From Planctomycetota bacterium (GTDB lineage Bacteria > Planctomycetota > UBA8108 > SXIK01): a stretch of DNA of 64,000 nt. Below, in pieces: positions 8,971-18,359 of the stretch (positions are counted from its first letter, which is position 1; each line of letters begins with the position of its first letter). The stretch spans positions 7,488,001 through 7,552,000 of the forward strand of contig CBDCXR010000004.1 in assembly GCA_965223845.1 (NCBI GenBank), in the 5' to 3' direction. Made by a program: the position numbers and the translations under genes. A model generated the notes under the pieces. The model saw only the letters and a program-made list of their open reading frames with translations. It was not told the DNA's origin and did not search any database.

Positions 8971-10818
8971 TCAGCCCGAGACTCGCAGCTCGTCCCGCGA
9001 TTCCTCCGGTGCCGACTCTTCCGTCGCAGCTTTGTCGAGTGCGTCGCGCGCGGTTTCCCAAGCGCGGCGCGGGAAGGAAGCTGCGAGCGCCGCGCCGAGC
9101 GACTCGCTGAACACCGCGCGGGCGGACGCTTCGACCGCCTCGGCCCGGGCGGCGACGAACTGCTTTCGACCGGGCACGCGCGAGGAGATCACGAGAGCGA
9201 GGACGTAGCTTCCGAGGAAGTAGCCGGCGGCGAAGTAGACCCACTTGAGGATGCTGAAGAGTCCCGCGAAGAGTCCCGTCGCTGGAGGAAGCACCCACGC
9301 GAGCCCGATTCCCGCGCCTAGTTTTGCGGTGAGACCTCCCCAGCGGAGAAGACCCGCGCGGCCCGGCCGGCGAGCGAGCTCCTCGTCGAGGCGCTCGAGG
9401 ATGCGTTCGCCCGTCCCCGGAGTCTCCTCGAGCCGTCGCAGGTACTCCGCGCGAAACGCGTCGCCGAGGCTTGCGCTCGCCTCGGGAGTGTAGAGTGTCG
9501 CAAGCGTGAGCGCCGCGACGGGCGAGCCGTCGCCCGCTTGCCCGGCGAGGGTGCGCAGCTCCGCACGTCGCTGGTCGAGGAGCCGCAGCGCGTAGTCCGC
9601 GTCCCCGGTTCGCCGGAGTGCGGCGTACTGTCGGGTGTCCTGAAACTCCTCGTCGACCGAACCCTCGTATTTTCCGACGAGGCGAAGCAGCGACCTCCGA
9701 AACACCTCGTTCACGGCGCGAACCGACCGGCCGATCAGCGCGAGCGCGCGGTGGCTCTTCTCGACACGCTCGCTCCGGCGGAAGAGTGAGCTCAGCTCGG
9801 CGCGGGCGAGCAGAGCGCGCAGCGCGCGAGTCTCCTCGGGAAACGCGAGGTCCGCGCCCTTGCGGTATTCCTCCGCCACGTCGCGCACAATGCGATCGGC
9901 CGTGTCGCGGAAGCGGCGAGCGAGCGCGAACTCGTGGTCGTACTCGGCGAGGATCGCCCTCGCCGCGTCGCCCGCGGTCCGGCTCGTCTCCGCGAGCATC
10001 CGCTCTTTGATCGTCCGCGGGTCGAGTGAGCCGAGCGCGGGCAGCAGCTGCGCGCGCAACTCTTCTCCGAGCTCTTCCTCGGGGTGGCGCGCAGTCGAGG
10101 GCGGAAGACGGATGCACGTTCCGAGCGACAACTCGGGCGCGAGGCTCGCGCGGAGATCCTCGACGAGCGTATCGAACACGATCGCTTCTGAAACGAGATT
10201 GAAGACGACGATGACCGACTCCTTCTGGCGGATGAGCCGGGTCAGTTGCTCGTAGAGAACTCGATCTTTGTACTTCTGCGCCGTGACGACGAACACCGTC
10301 ACGTCAGCGAGAGCGCTGATGCGTGCCGACGCGCGCGAGTTCGATTCGGAGATGGAATCGCAGTCGGGAGAATCGATGAGGCCGACGTGGGCGAGGCGGT
10401 CGTCGTGGTGAAAACGGCAGAACAGGAGATCCTGGCGGTCCCGATCGGCGGAGAGCTCTTTCGGATCGCGGACCTCGCGACATTCGATTCCGCCGAAGGG
10501 ACCGTGCGGAAGCAGCGTCTCTCGCCACTTCTCGTGCACGAAGAGAAGCGGGTGGATCGTCGCGCCCGCGACGACGCTCGTCGGGGCGAGGAGCTGACTC
10601 GCGAGCGCGTTGAAGACCGTCGATTTCCCGACGTTCGTTCCGCCCTGGACGCCGACGAAGAGAGGTAGATCGGGGACCCGCAGCTCCGGCTCGATCTTGC
10701 TCTCGAGTAGGACGATGAGCTCACGGCGGGCCTCTTCGCCGCGGGGAAGCGCAGGGAGGCGTCGCAGCGAATCCGCGAGCGAGGCGACTCGTTCAGGCGT
10801 GAACTCGAATGCGGCCAT
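8971..10818 (-). CDS. Dynamin-like/Era-like GTPase with C-terminal hydrophobic hairpin
   Basis: G1 GGTNVGKST, G3 DSPD, VVFN; long helical region then two hydrophobic segments (LGAGIGLAWVL..., YFAAGYFLGSYVLALVI). Confidence 0.65.
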   Translation of the reverse strand: MAAFEFTPERVASLADSLRRLPALPRGEEARRELIVLLESKIEPELRVPDLPLFVGVQGGTNVGKSTVFNALASQLLAPTSVVAGATIHPLLFVHEKWRETLLPHGPFGGIECREVRDPKELSADRDRQDLLFCRFHHDDRLAHVGLIDSPDCDSISESNSRASARISALADVTVFVVTAQKYKDRVLYEQLTRLIRQKESVIVVFNLVSEAIVFDTLVEDLRASLAPELSLGTCIRLPPSTARHPEEELGEELRAQLLPALGSLDPRTIKERMLAETSRTAGDAARAILAEYDHEFALARRFRDTADRIVRDVAEEYRKGADLAFPEETRALRALLARAELSSLFRRSERVEKSHRALALIGRSVRAVNEVFRRSLLRLVGKYEGSVDEEFQDTRQYAALRRTGDADYALRLLDQRRAELRTLAGQAGDGSPVAALTLATLYTPEASASLGDAFRAEYLRRLEETPGTGERILERLDEELARRPGRAGLLRWGGLTAKLGAGIGLAWVLPPATGLFAGLFSILKWVYFAAGYFLGSYVLALVISSRVPGRKQFVAARAEAVEASARAVFSESLGAALAASFPRRAWETARDALDKAATEESAPEESRDELRVSG

Positions 10819-10935
10819 GCCTCAGCGGTGCGACCGGCCCGAGATTCGACGATTTCGTGGCGACTGGAGTTTCGACATTCCTGAAAGAAGATCCGGGGCG
10901 TGAAGAGTGTCGACGGCCGGCCCGGTGGGTTCGCG

Positions 10936-11106
10936 TCAAGACTCCTTCAACTTCTCGATCTCGGCCTCAGCGGCCGCGATTTCCGTTTCGATTCGGTTCA
11001 CTTCGGCGGCGTCGTCGAGTTGCGACTTCGCGCCCTTGAGCTGCTGGCGAAGCAGATTGAGTTTCTGGCGCAGGACCTGCACTCGCTTCTTGGCTTTTTT
11101 GTCCAC
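10936..11106 (-). CDS. Small 56-aa coiled-coil protein (absent from the ORF track)
   Basis: GTG start; MDKKAKKRVQVLRQKLNLLRQQLKGAKSQLDDAAEVNRIETEIAAAEAEIEKLKES; coding-like codon usage and heptad pattern. Confidence 0.7.
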   Translation of the reverse strand: MDKKAKKRVQVLRQKLNLLRQQLKGAKSQLDDAAEVNRIETEIAAAEAEIEKLKES

Positions 11107-11469
11107 TTGGTGTTTCCGTCGGGTGGGAGCCGTGGCGACGAGACTTGCTCGCCGAACCGCCCGGCGTGCGACGGCGCGACGCGCCGGGTCGCCGACCCTC
11201 GTCGGGCCGGGCTGTGCTTCATTCTATCGGCGGCGCGCCGGCAGGGCCTCGACCCGACGGTCGATCGGGTCCGTGGTTCGCGGAGTGTGCGCGTGCAAAA
11301 AGGCTCAAGCCCGACGCGCTGGCGTACGAAGAGAACAACGAACGGCGCGCCGGCTTTTCGGCCCTTTCTCCCGCGGCGGGTCGGGTCGGCGATGCACCGG
11401 AAGGGTGGGGCGCTCAGCGAGCACCGTTCGCTGAGTCGAGACCGCGGGCGATCATCGCCGGGAGACGCG

Positions 11470-11715
11470 TTGGCTGCGCCGAAGAAGCTCTACAAGATCG
11501 GAGAGGTCATGCGCTACTCGGGCCTCTCCCGTCAGACGGTCCACAACTACACCATGCTCGGCCTCATCACCGAGGAGGAGCGGACTCCGTCGGGGCATCG
11601 GCTCTACGGCGAGGACGTCTTCGAGCGTCTCGAGCGAGTGAAAGAGCTCCGCAAGGACCACCGCCTGAAAGACATCATCGCCCTCTTCAAGGCGGAAGAG
11701 CTCGCCGGTCCCTGA
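11470..11715 (+). CDS. Stand-alone MerR-family HTH protein
   Basis: LYKIGEV...GLSRQTVHNYTMLGLI...RTPSGHRLY; TTG start after GGAG (alternative ATG at 11392). Confidence 0.85.
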   Translation: MAAPKKLYKIGEVMRYSGLSRQTVHNYTMLGLITEEERTPSGHRLYGEDVFERLERVKELRKDHRLKDIIALFKAEELAGP

Positions 11716-11891
11716 GACCCGTCGACAGGCCCGCGACGCGGCGGCGGGCTCGCCGCGCCGGACACCGTTCCGGGTCCGCTGCGACCGGGCGTAGGTTTTT
11801 CGGACGGCGATGCGCCTGCGAGGCCGTCCAACGACCTAATCTCAGTTCGCAAAGGGGTTTAGCGTGTTCCGTAAAAGTTCGCTCTATTTCG

Positions 11892-11920
11892 TTTACATTT
11901 TGTAAAACAGAGAATAGAAT
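11892..11920 (+). promoter_or_regulatory. Sigma70-like promoter with a palindrome over the -35 box, upstream of the fli operon
   Basis: TTTACA-17 bp-TAGAAT; TTTACA-TTT-TGTAAA perfect inverted repeat (11892-11906); AT-rich island in GC-rich DNA. Confidence 0.65.
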
Positions 11921-12244
11921 TCTCGAGCTTTGCCAGCGACCCTCGGTCGAATCGTCCGCGCCCCGCGCCGGACGGGACGGCCACGACGCCCCTTAGACGG
12001 GCGGTGAACGCCGACGCGGAGGAGTCGCGACCCCGAGGTCGCGATGCGCCGGCCGACGCCGCTCGAAACGAAGAAGTGGAAGAGAGATCCGGCCGCGCGG
12101 CGAAGGGTTTCGAGGTCACCTCGAAGCCGGAAGAGGAAATGGGTTCAGGAACATGGACGAGGAGGGGAGGGCTCCCTCTGCGGGGAGCCGGGTCTGTGTT
12201 CCTACCCTTTTTTTCCGTGGGCCCGGGAGGTGAAGGGGAGAGCG

Positions 12245-13816
12245 TTGAATGGCCCAGTCGGAAACGTCAGTCTGAGAGGATGGCTGAGCGCTGCGCAGAG
12301 TCTTCTCGATCGCCTCTCCGCCACTCAGAAGATCGTTGTCGTCGTCGTCGCCGTGGCGGCAACCGTGGGGATGGCGTTCGTCGCGATCCGCGGGCGTCAA
12401 CCGGAGTACACGCGACTCGAGCTTGAGTCGGCCGCCGCGCGCTCGACGCTGACGGCGAAGCTCGACGAGAACGGGATCGCTTGGCGACCCGTCCCGAATG
12501 CCGAAACGCGACCCGCGATCGAGGTCCGCGCCGGCGAAGTCGCCAAGGCTCGCCGGTGGATCGAAGCGGCGTCGAGTTCCGAGGAGTCGGACGACGCGCT
12601 GTGGTCGGAATCACCGAGCTGGCTCGGCTTCGGTCCGCGACCCGGCGAGCTCGTCCTCCAAGCGAAGCTTCGTCGATTGCGCAACACGATCTGCTGGAAT
12701 CCGCGGATCGCCGAGGCGAGCGTCGAACACGAAGACTCCGACGACCGCGCGTTCGTCCGCGGGGAGAGTAGCGGGAGCGCGTCCGTCGTTCTCAAACTGA
12801 GTCCCGGTGTCGAGCGGCTGACCGTGCGCGAGGCGCAGGCCGTCCGGACGATCGTGAGCTCGGCGTTCGGCTTCCGGCCCGACAAGGTTCACGTCGTCGA
12901 CCACAAGATGCATCGCTACGACCTCGACGACGCCGAGACGGCGGCCGCCGAAGCTCGCTCGGAAGCGCTGCGCGCAGAAGTCGAGGAGCTCCTTCAGGAG
13001 CGATTCGACGACGCCGAGTTCCGCGTCTCGGTAAGCACGGTGCTTCGGGATACGGAGGCGAGAGTCGAAGCCGGCGCCGCGCCGCGCGCGAGTGGCGGTC
13101 TTCTCGGCGCACCGCAGTTGATCGCCCTCGCGAGGCCGGCTCCTGCGGTCGCACGGACCCGCGTCGCCGCACCGCGCCCCTCGTCGGCGTCCGCGGAGGC
13201 TGCGCGAACGAGATTCGTTCGGATCCGCGTCGATCGTTCGGCCGCTCTTCGCGTAGCGCGCGGGCGGGGCGAACTCGCCGGCAGCGTCGACACTGCGCTC
13301 CGCCGCTTCGAGGCGGGAGAGGCCGCGCGCATTCGCGATCGATTGATCGACCGATCGTCGCTCCATCTCTCCGTCACCGTCTTCGATTTCGGGTCCGTCG
13401 CGCGGCCCACGCCTTCCCGCGCGGTGTCCGAGCCGGCGACCGCGCCTCCCGCCGTCGCGTCGAATCCACCACCCGAGGAGGAGAGGATCTCCCTCGTCGA
13501 GCTTCTCAATCGCGAGCGTCGATGGCTCGGCCGGGCGAGCGTCGCGCTCGGTGTCGCGGTCGTCGTCGGCCTCGGCTATTGGCTGATTCGTCGTCGCCGC
13601 TCTGGTTCCGCGAGATCCGATCGCGACGAGCGCGGTCTCCCGCCGGCGCGGCCGAAGCGGATCGAAGAGCGCGCCGGCGACCGCGCGACTCCCGACGCAA
13701 TCGCATCGATCGACACGATGAGTGGGTGGGTCACGGAACGGCCGCAGTCGGCAGCGAACGTGCTCCGGGCATGGCTCGGATCCGATTCGGGACGCGAGGC
13801 AGGGGGCGAGCGATGA
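12245..13816 (+). CDS. fliF: Highly divergent FliF-like MS-ring protein
   Basis: TM1 (IVVVVVAVAATVGMAFVAI), RBM2-like SASVVLKLSPG...AVRTIVSSAFG...KVHVVD, TM2, C-terminal PQSAANVLRAWL; first gene before fliG; start uncertain. Confidence 0.7.
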   Translation: MNGPVGNVSLRGWLSAAQSLLDRLSATQKIVVVVVAVAATVGMAFVAIRGRQPEYTRLELESAAARSTLTAKLDENGIAWRPVPNAETRPAIEVRAGEVAKARRWIEAASSSEESDDALWSESPSWLGFGPRPGELVLQAKLRRLRNTICWNPRIAEASVEHEDSDDRAFVRGESSGSASVVLKLSPGVERLTVREAQAVRTIVSSAFGFRPDKVHVVDHKMHRYDLDDAETAAAEARSEALRAEVEELLQERFDDAEFRVSVSTVLRDTEARVEAGAAPRASGGLLGAPQLIALARPAPAVARTRVAAPRPSSASAEAARTRFVRIRVDRSAALRVARGRGELAGSVDTALRRFEAGEAARIRDRLIDRSSLHLSVTVFDFGSVARPTPSRAVSEPATAPPAVASNPPPEEERISLVELLNRERRWLGRASVALGVAVVVGLGYWLIRRRRSGSARSDRDERGLPPARPKRIEERAGDRATPDAIASIDTMSGWVTERPQSAANVLRAWLGSDSGREAGGER

Positions 13817-15039
13817 CCCGCGACGAGCTGCCATCCGTCTCGACTCGGGGCGCGGTCGGCGAGATCGAGGACGAAGCCGACGACGGGCACTCGCAGGCGT
13901 TCGGTCCCGCGGAGGAGTCCGAGTCGACGCTCGATGCGGGGGAGGGGGAAGCGCCGCTCGATCGAGACCTCGGCCTCGATCTCGCCAAAGGCGGTGGGGA
14001 CGGCGCCGACGGCTCTCCACTCGGCGGTCTCGAGGAGCTCGCCGACGACGAACGCGAGGTGGCCGGCGCGACGGATCGTCTCAGCGGGCTCGCGAAGGCC
14101 GCGGTGTTCATCCTCTCGCTCGACGAATCGGCCGCGTCGAACGTCCTTCGGTGCCTCTCCGACGAGGAGCTGAGTCGCGTCGCGGCCGAGATTGCCCACC
14201 TCGGCGTCGTCGACAAGGACACGGTCGAGGCCGTCCGCAGCGAGTTTCAAACGCTCGAGGTCGCGACGGGCGTCGTTCGCGAGGGGGGCGTCGAATCAGC
14301 GTCGCGCCTTCTCAGCCGATCGCTCCCTTCGTCCCGCGCTCGCCGGATGGTGCAGCTACTCGAAGCCGGTGGGACCCAGCGCCGCTTCGGTTTTCTCTCT
14401 CGCGTTCCGGTGTCGGGTCTCGTCGCGTACCTCCAGCGGGAGCGACCGCAGACGATCGCCGTCATTCTCGCCCACATGAGCCCCGCGACGGCGGCGGAGG
14501 TCATCGAGAGACTTCCCAATCACGTTCGCCGCAAGGTTCTTCCGTCGATCGCGAAGCTCCGTCGTGTGAACGACGAGGCGCTGCGCACGATCGAGTCGGC
14601 GCTTCGGCGTCAGTTCGAAGTCGCGCGCTGTGTGAAGCTGGGCGACGGGACGAAGACCGTCGCGGAACTCTTTCGCTCCGCCGGTCGCGAGCGCGCGGAG
14701 AAGTACTACGACGATCTGGAAGCCGCCTCCGGTGAGACGGCCGTGGCCGTACGCGACCACTTGTTCGATTTCCGCGATCTCATCCATCTCGAAGATCGAT
14801 TCCTGCGGCGCTCGCTCCGAACCGTCGATCGCCGCGAGCTCGCCGTCGCGCTCACGAACGTCGACTCGCGCGCGGAAGCCAAGGTCTTTCGCGCGCTGTC
14901 GCGCCGACGTGGAGCCGCCCTTCGGCGGGAGCGTCAGGCTCTCGGTCCGGTCCGTCTTTCCGACGTCGAGGTGGCGCAGCGAGCGGTCGCCGCGCGCATC
15001 GCCGAGTTTCGCCGCGGTCGCGAGGAGAAAGGCGCGTGA
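13813..15039 (+). CDS. fliG: Flagellar motor switch protein FliG-like
   Basis: LSGLAKAAVFILSL, ERPQTIAVILAHM, LFDFRDL, LGPVRLSDVEVAQ; ATGA overlap with fliF. Confidence 0.9.
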   Translation: MTRDELPSVSTRGAVGEIEDEADDGHSQAFGPAEESESTLDAGEGEAPLDRDLGLDLAKGGGDGADGSPLGGLEELADDEREVAGATDRLSGLAKAAVFILSLDESAASNVLRCLSDEELSRVAAEIAHLGVVDKDTVEAVRSEFQTLEVATGVVREGGVESASRLLSRSLPSSRARRMVQLLEAGGTQRRFGFLSRVPVSGLVAYLQRERPQTIAVILAHMSPATAAEVIERLPNHVRRKVLPSIAKLRRVNDEALRTIESALRRQFEVARCVKLGDGTKTVAELFRSAGRERAEKYYDDLEAASGETAVAVRDHLFDFRDLIHLEDRFLRRSLRTVDRRELAVALTNVDSRAEAKVFRALSRRRGAALRRERQALGPVRLSDVEVAQRAVAARIAEFRRGREEKGA

Positions 15040-16046
15040 ATCGGAACCGGGAGAACGTCGCTTCCACTTGCGAGCGAACGAGTCGAGCCGAGCTCTCGGC
15101 GGCGCAGCGCACCGAGTCGTCGGGCGGGCGATGGATCCGTCCCGTCGCCCCCGCGTCGACCGCGAGGTGTTCAAGCGGCGACGCTGCGCGACCGAGCGAC
15201 GACGTTTCCGCTGTGGCTTGGGACTCGATTCGCAGCGTTCGGGCTAGACTCGCAGAGCTCAGTCGGCGTGAACGCCGCCTCGAAGACGAGATCCGCCGGC
15301 GCTGGCGTCGTCTCGCCGGCAAGGCTTGGCGGCGACGCGCGGAGGCGGAGGCCGAGCTGCGCCTGCGCCGGGCGGAGCTCGAGGACGAGAACGAGCGCCG
15401 ACGGGAGCGAGCGGAACGAGAGGGAGAGGCGCGCGGATTCGAAGCTGGATTCGAGCGCGGCCGGGAGGAGGGGCGTCGCGTCGGCGCCGAGGCCGGGCGG
15501 AGAGCCGGACGGGAGGAGGGCGAACGAGAGGGGCGCGAACGAGGAGCGAAGGAGTCGCGCGCCGAGTTCGAGCGCGCGGCATCGAGTCTGCGTGCCGCTG
15601 CCGCCGCCCTCGGTGAACGACGTGAGCAGCTCGTTGCCGACGCGCGTGGATCCCTGCTCGAACTCGCGGTCGCGATCGCACGCAAGATCATCCGCGCTCG
15701 CGTCGACGTCGATCCGGAACTGGTCGGACGCACGGTCGCCGCCGCGGCGGAGCTCGTCGTCCGCAGCCGTGCCGTGACCGTCCAGGTGCATCCCGACGAC
15801 GCGCGCTTCGTGGAGCGCGAGCTCGGTGCGCGCCCGCCGTGGGCGGAGGGTTTCGCGAGCGTCGAGGTGAGGGCGTCGACCGGTGTCGACCGCGGCGGGT
15901 GCCGGCTGGTGACGGACGTGTCGTCGCTCGATCTTCGGATCGAAGCGCAGCTCTCGCAGATCGCCACCGCGATGGCGCGCGTGTACGGCGTGGAGCGGAT
16001 GGAATCTCCCTCGCTGGATCGGAAGGTGCCATGCGCGGATATCTAG
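15036..16046 (+). CDS. fliH: FliH/SctL-like export apparatus protein
   Basis: GxxxG repeat run (GFEAGFERGREEG...), LLELAVAIARKII, VQVHPDD, VDRGGCRL; lies between fliG and fliI. Confidence 0.8.
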   Translation: MNRNRENVASTCERTSRAELSAAQRTESSGGRWIRPVAPASTARCSSGDAARPSDDVSAVAWDSIRSVRARLAELSRRERRLEDEIRRRWRRLAGKAWRRRAEAEAELRLRRAELEDENERRRERAEREGEARGFEAGFERGREEGRRVGAEAGRRAGREEGEREGRERGAKESRAEFERAASSLRAAAAALGERREQLVADARGSLLELAVAIARKIIRARVDVDPELVGRTVAAAAELVVRSRAVTVQVHPDDARFVERELGARPPWAEGFASVEVRASTGVDRGGCRLVTDVSSLDLRIEAQLSQIATAMARVYGVERMESPSLDRKVPCADI

Positions 16047-17326
16047 ACATCGTCGCTGACGTCTACCCGGGCGTGCTCGAAGCGCGGATCGATCGCGTGT
16101 TCGGCACGACGGCGGAGAGTCGAGGTCTCACGGCCCCGCTCGGCGCGACTTGTGCGATCGAGTCGCGGTCCGGCCACCGCGTCGAGGCCGAGGTGATCGG
16201 TTGCCGGAAGAATCACGCGATCCTCGCTCCGATCGGAGAGTTGCGCGGTGTCGCCGCCGGCGATCGCGTCGTGTACCGCGGAACGAGCGGAGTCGTCCGA
16301 GTGGGGATGGATCTTCTCGGCTGCGCGGTCGATGCTTCCGGCCGATCTCTCGACTCGCGCGGGCACGAATCGCGCGGAGCACTCGTCCCCATCGAGCCCT
16401 GTGAGATCGAACCACGCCGCGCGCTTTCCGCCGAGCGATCGTTCGTCACCGGCGTCCGCGCGATCGACGGTTTGTTTCCGGTCGGACGGGGACACCGCGT
16501 CGCGGTCGTCGCCGCGCCGGGTCTCGGGACGACGACGCTCTTTCGCTCGATCGCAAATGGAGCCGTCGCCGACGCGATCGTTCTCGCGTTCATCGGTGGA
16601 AGTCGACAAGACGCGATCGAGCTCTTCGCAGCGGAGCTCGCCCCTGGCGTCCGCGCGCGGTCGGTCGCAGTGATCGCGGCTGACGATGAGCCGCCGCTCG
16701 CTCGTTCGCGTGCGGCGCTCACGGCGACCGCGATCGCGGAGTTCTTCCGCGCCGCCGGGAAAAACGTCCTCCTTCTCGTCGACTCGCTCTCCGCGAGCGT
16801 CGACGCGCACGCGACACTCGGCGCGGCCGGAGGCGAGCGCCGGGACCCGCGCGGAATCCCGCCGTCGTCGTTCCCGTGGATCGCTAGGCTCCTGGGTCGC
16901 TGCGGGCGAGCGCCGTCCGGCAGCCTCACGGGAATCTACGCCGTGGCGGCGCCCGGAAACGATTCCGGCGCGGAATCCGTCGTGACCGAGCGGGTGCGGG
17001 CGCTCGTCGACAGCGAACTTCGACTCTCGCGTCGTCTAGCCGAACGAGGTCACTACCCGGCGATCGACCTCGGGTCGAGCTTCGTGCGCGGTGCGGAGCG
17101 GGTCCGATCGGCCGAAGTGGACGCAGCTGCCCGCGGGCTGCGGTCGCGGTGGTTGCGCGAGGACGCCGCGAGGGAGGCGAGCGTCGACGCGCCGCGCGAG
17201 TCGCCGCTCGACGAATTTCTCCGCCAAGCGCCGTCGGCGCCTGAGCCGTACGAGGCGACGATCGCACAGCTCACCCAGTGCGGCGCCGCCTTCCGACGGA
17301 ACGATCGCCTTGAGCAAAGCGAGTGA
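16031..17326 (+). CDS. fliI: FliI/SctN-like export ATPase homologue with degenerate catalytic motifs
   Basis: TGVRAIDGL, AEFFRAAGKNVLLLVDS, LSRRLAERGHYPAID; Walker A reads APGLGTTT and the GERGRE site reads GGSRQD. Confidence 0.85.
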   Translation: MRGYLDIVADVYPGVLEARIDRVFGTTAESRGLTAPLGATCAIESRSGHRVEAEVIGCRKNHAILAPIGELRGVAAGDRVVYRGTSGVVRVGMDLLGCAVDASGRSLDSRGHESRGALVPIEPCEIEPRRALSAERSFVTGVRAIDGLFPVGRGHRVAVVAAPGLGTTTLFRSIANGAVADAIVLAFIGGSRQDAIELFAAELAPGVRARSVAVIAADDEPPLARSRAALTATAIAEFFRAAGKNVLLLVDSLSASVDAHATLGAAGGERRDPRGIPPSSFPWIARLLGRCGRAPSGSLTGIYAVAAPGNDSGAESVVTERVRALVDSELRLSRRLAERGHYPAIDLGSSFVRGAERVRSAEVDAAARGLRSRWLREDAAREASVDAPRESPLDEFLRQAPSAPEPYEATIAQLTQCGAAFRRNDRLEQSE

Positions 17327-17679
17327 GAGGTAAAGCCGACGTGGTCGCAAAAAAGGAATCGGGCGCCGTGAACGCACTCGAATCAGCTCCGGCAGGACCG
17401 GCGGGCGCAGACGACCGCTCGGGCTCGGAGTCGAGCGCAGCGTACCGCGGCATCCACTTGAGTGTCCGCGCGGAGCTCGGCCGTACGCGGATGAAGTTGA
17501 AGGACGCGGTGGAGCTCGAGGCCGGAGCGGTCGTCGATCTCGATCGGAAACCGGGCGATCCCGTCGACCTTCTCGTCGAAGGCGTGGTGATCGCGCGCGG
17601 AGTCGTGCTCGTCGTCGACGATTGTTTCTGCGTCCGAATCACCGAGGTCCTTTCGGAAAAGGAAGAGAGTGCACCATGA
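17323..17679 (+). CDS. fliN: Flagellar switch protein FliN
   Basis: SpoA domain: VRAELGRTRM...GAVVDLDRKPGDPVDLLVEGVVIARGVVLVVDDCFCVRITEV. Confidence 0.9.
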   Translation: MRGKADVVAKKESGAVNALESAPAGPAGADDRSGSESSAAYRGIHLSVRAELGRTRMKLKDAVELEAGAVVDLDRKPGDPVDLLVEGVVIARGVVLVVDDCFCVRITEVLSEKEESAP

Positions 17680-18332
17680 CGATGACCGCGAAGCGTCTCG
17701 TCCCAGGAATCGCGGCGCTGCTGATCCTCACGGGGATCGGTGCCGGTTCGGTTTCCGCCGATTCGACCGGCGGATTCGTTCGCGCGGGCGATTCGGTGAG
17801 CGACGTGCTCTCGGGCGCGCCATCGACCGAGAGCGACCGCGCGGAATCGAGTTTGGTCGGAGGTTGGCAGCTCGCCGGTCTCGGCGTCCTCCTCGTCGGT
17901 CTGGCGAGTTTCGCGTGGCGACTTCGTTCGCGCGGACTCGTTCGTCGGCGCGGCGCGTCGGAAGGGGGAACGATCACGATCGTCGATCGGGTCGCGCTCT
18001 CACCGCGGCATGCGGTGGCGGTGCTCCGGGTGTCGGAACGGACGCTCGTCGTCGGCTTTTCCGGTGATCGGGTCTCGCCTCTCGCTGAGTGGGGGGGCGA
18101 CGCGCTCGCCGGTGGCACGTCGGCAGAGACGGCGCCCGAGCGGCCGGAATCGTACTGGTTTCGCAACCCGCGCGACGCGAGCGGCGGCGCTCCCGAGACC
18201 ACGCTCGGGGCGAGCAGTGGATCGAGCGACGTTTGGGACCGCGACCTCGCCCCGTACCGGCGCGAAGTGACCCGGCTCAAAGAAGCGCTCGAGTCCTGGC
18301 GGGAGAATACCACGCCGCCTTCGAGCGAGTGA
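17676..18332 (+). CDS. fliO: FliO-like export gate assembly chaperone
   Basis: TM segment followed by ITIVDRVALSPRHAVAVLRVSERTLVVG; located between fliN and fliP. Confidence 0.75.
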   Translation: MTMTAKRLVPGIAALLILTGIGAGSVSADSTGGFVRAGDSVSDVLSGAPSTESDRAESSLVGGWQLAGLGVLLVGLASFAWRLRSRGLVRRRGASEGGTITIVDRVALSPRHAVAVLRVSERTLVVGFSGDRVSPLAEWGGDALAGGTSAETAPERPESYWFRNPRDASGGAPETTLGASSGSSDVWDRDLAPYRREVTRLKEALESWRENTTPPSSE

Positions 18333-18359
18333 CAGACGGGAAGGGATGGACGAGTAGGC

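Noticed and set aside
11305-11332. Sigma-28 promoter before the MerR gene (TCAAG...TACGAAGA)
   Set aside because: The -10 match to GCCGATAA is too weak.
16031-17326. F1 ATP synthase alpha/beta subunit
   Set aside because: Context (fliH upstream, fliN downstream) and the GHYPAID-type C-terminus fit FliI.
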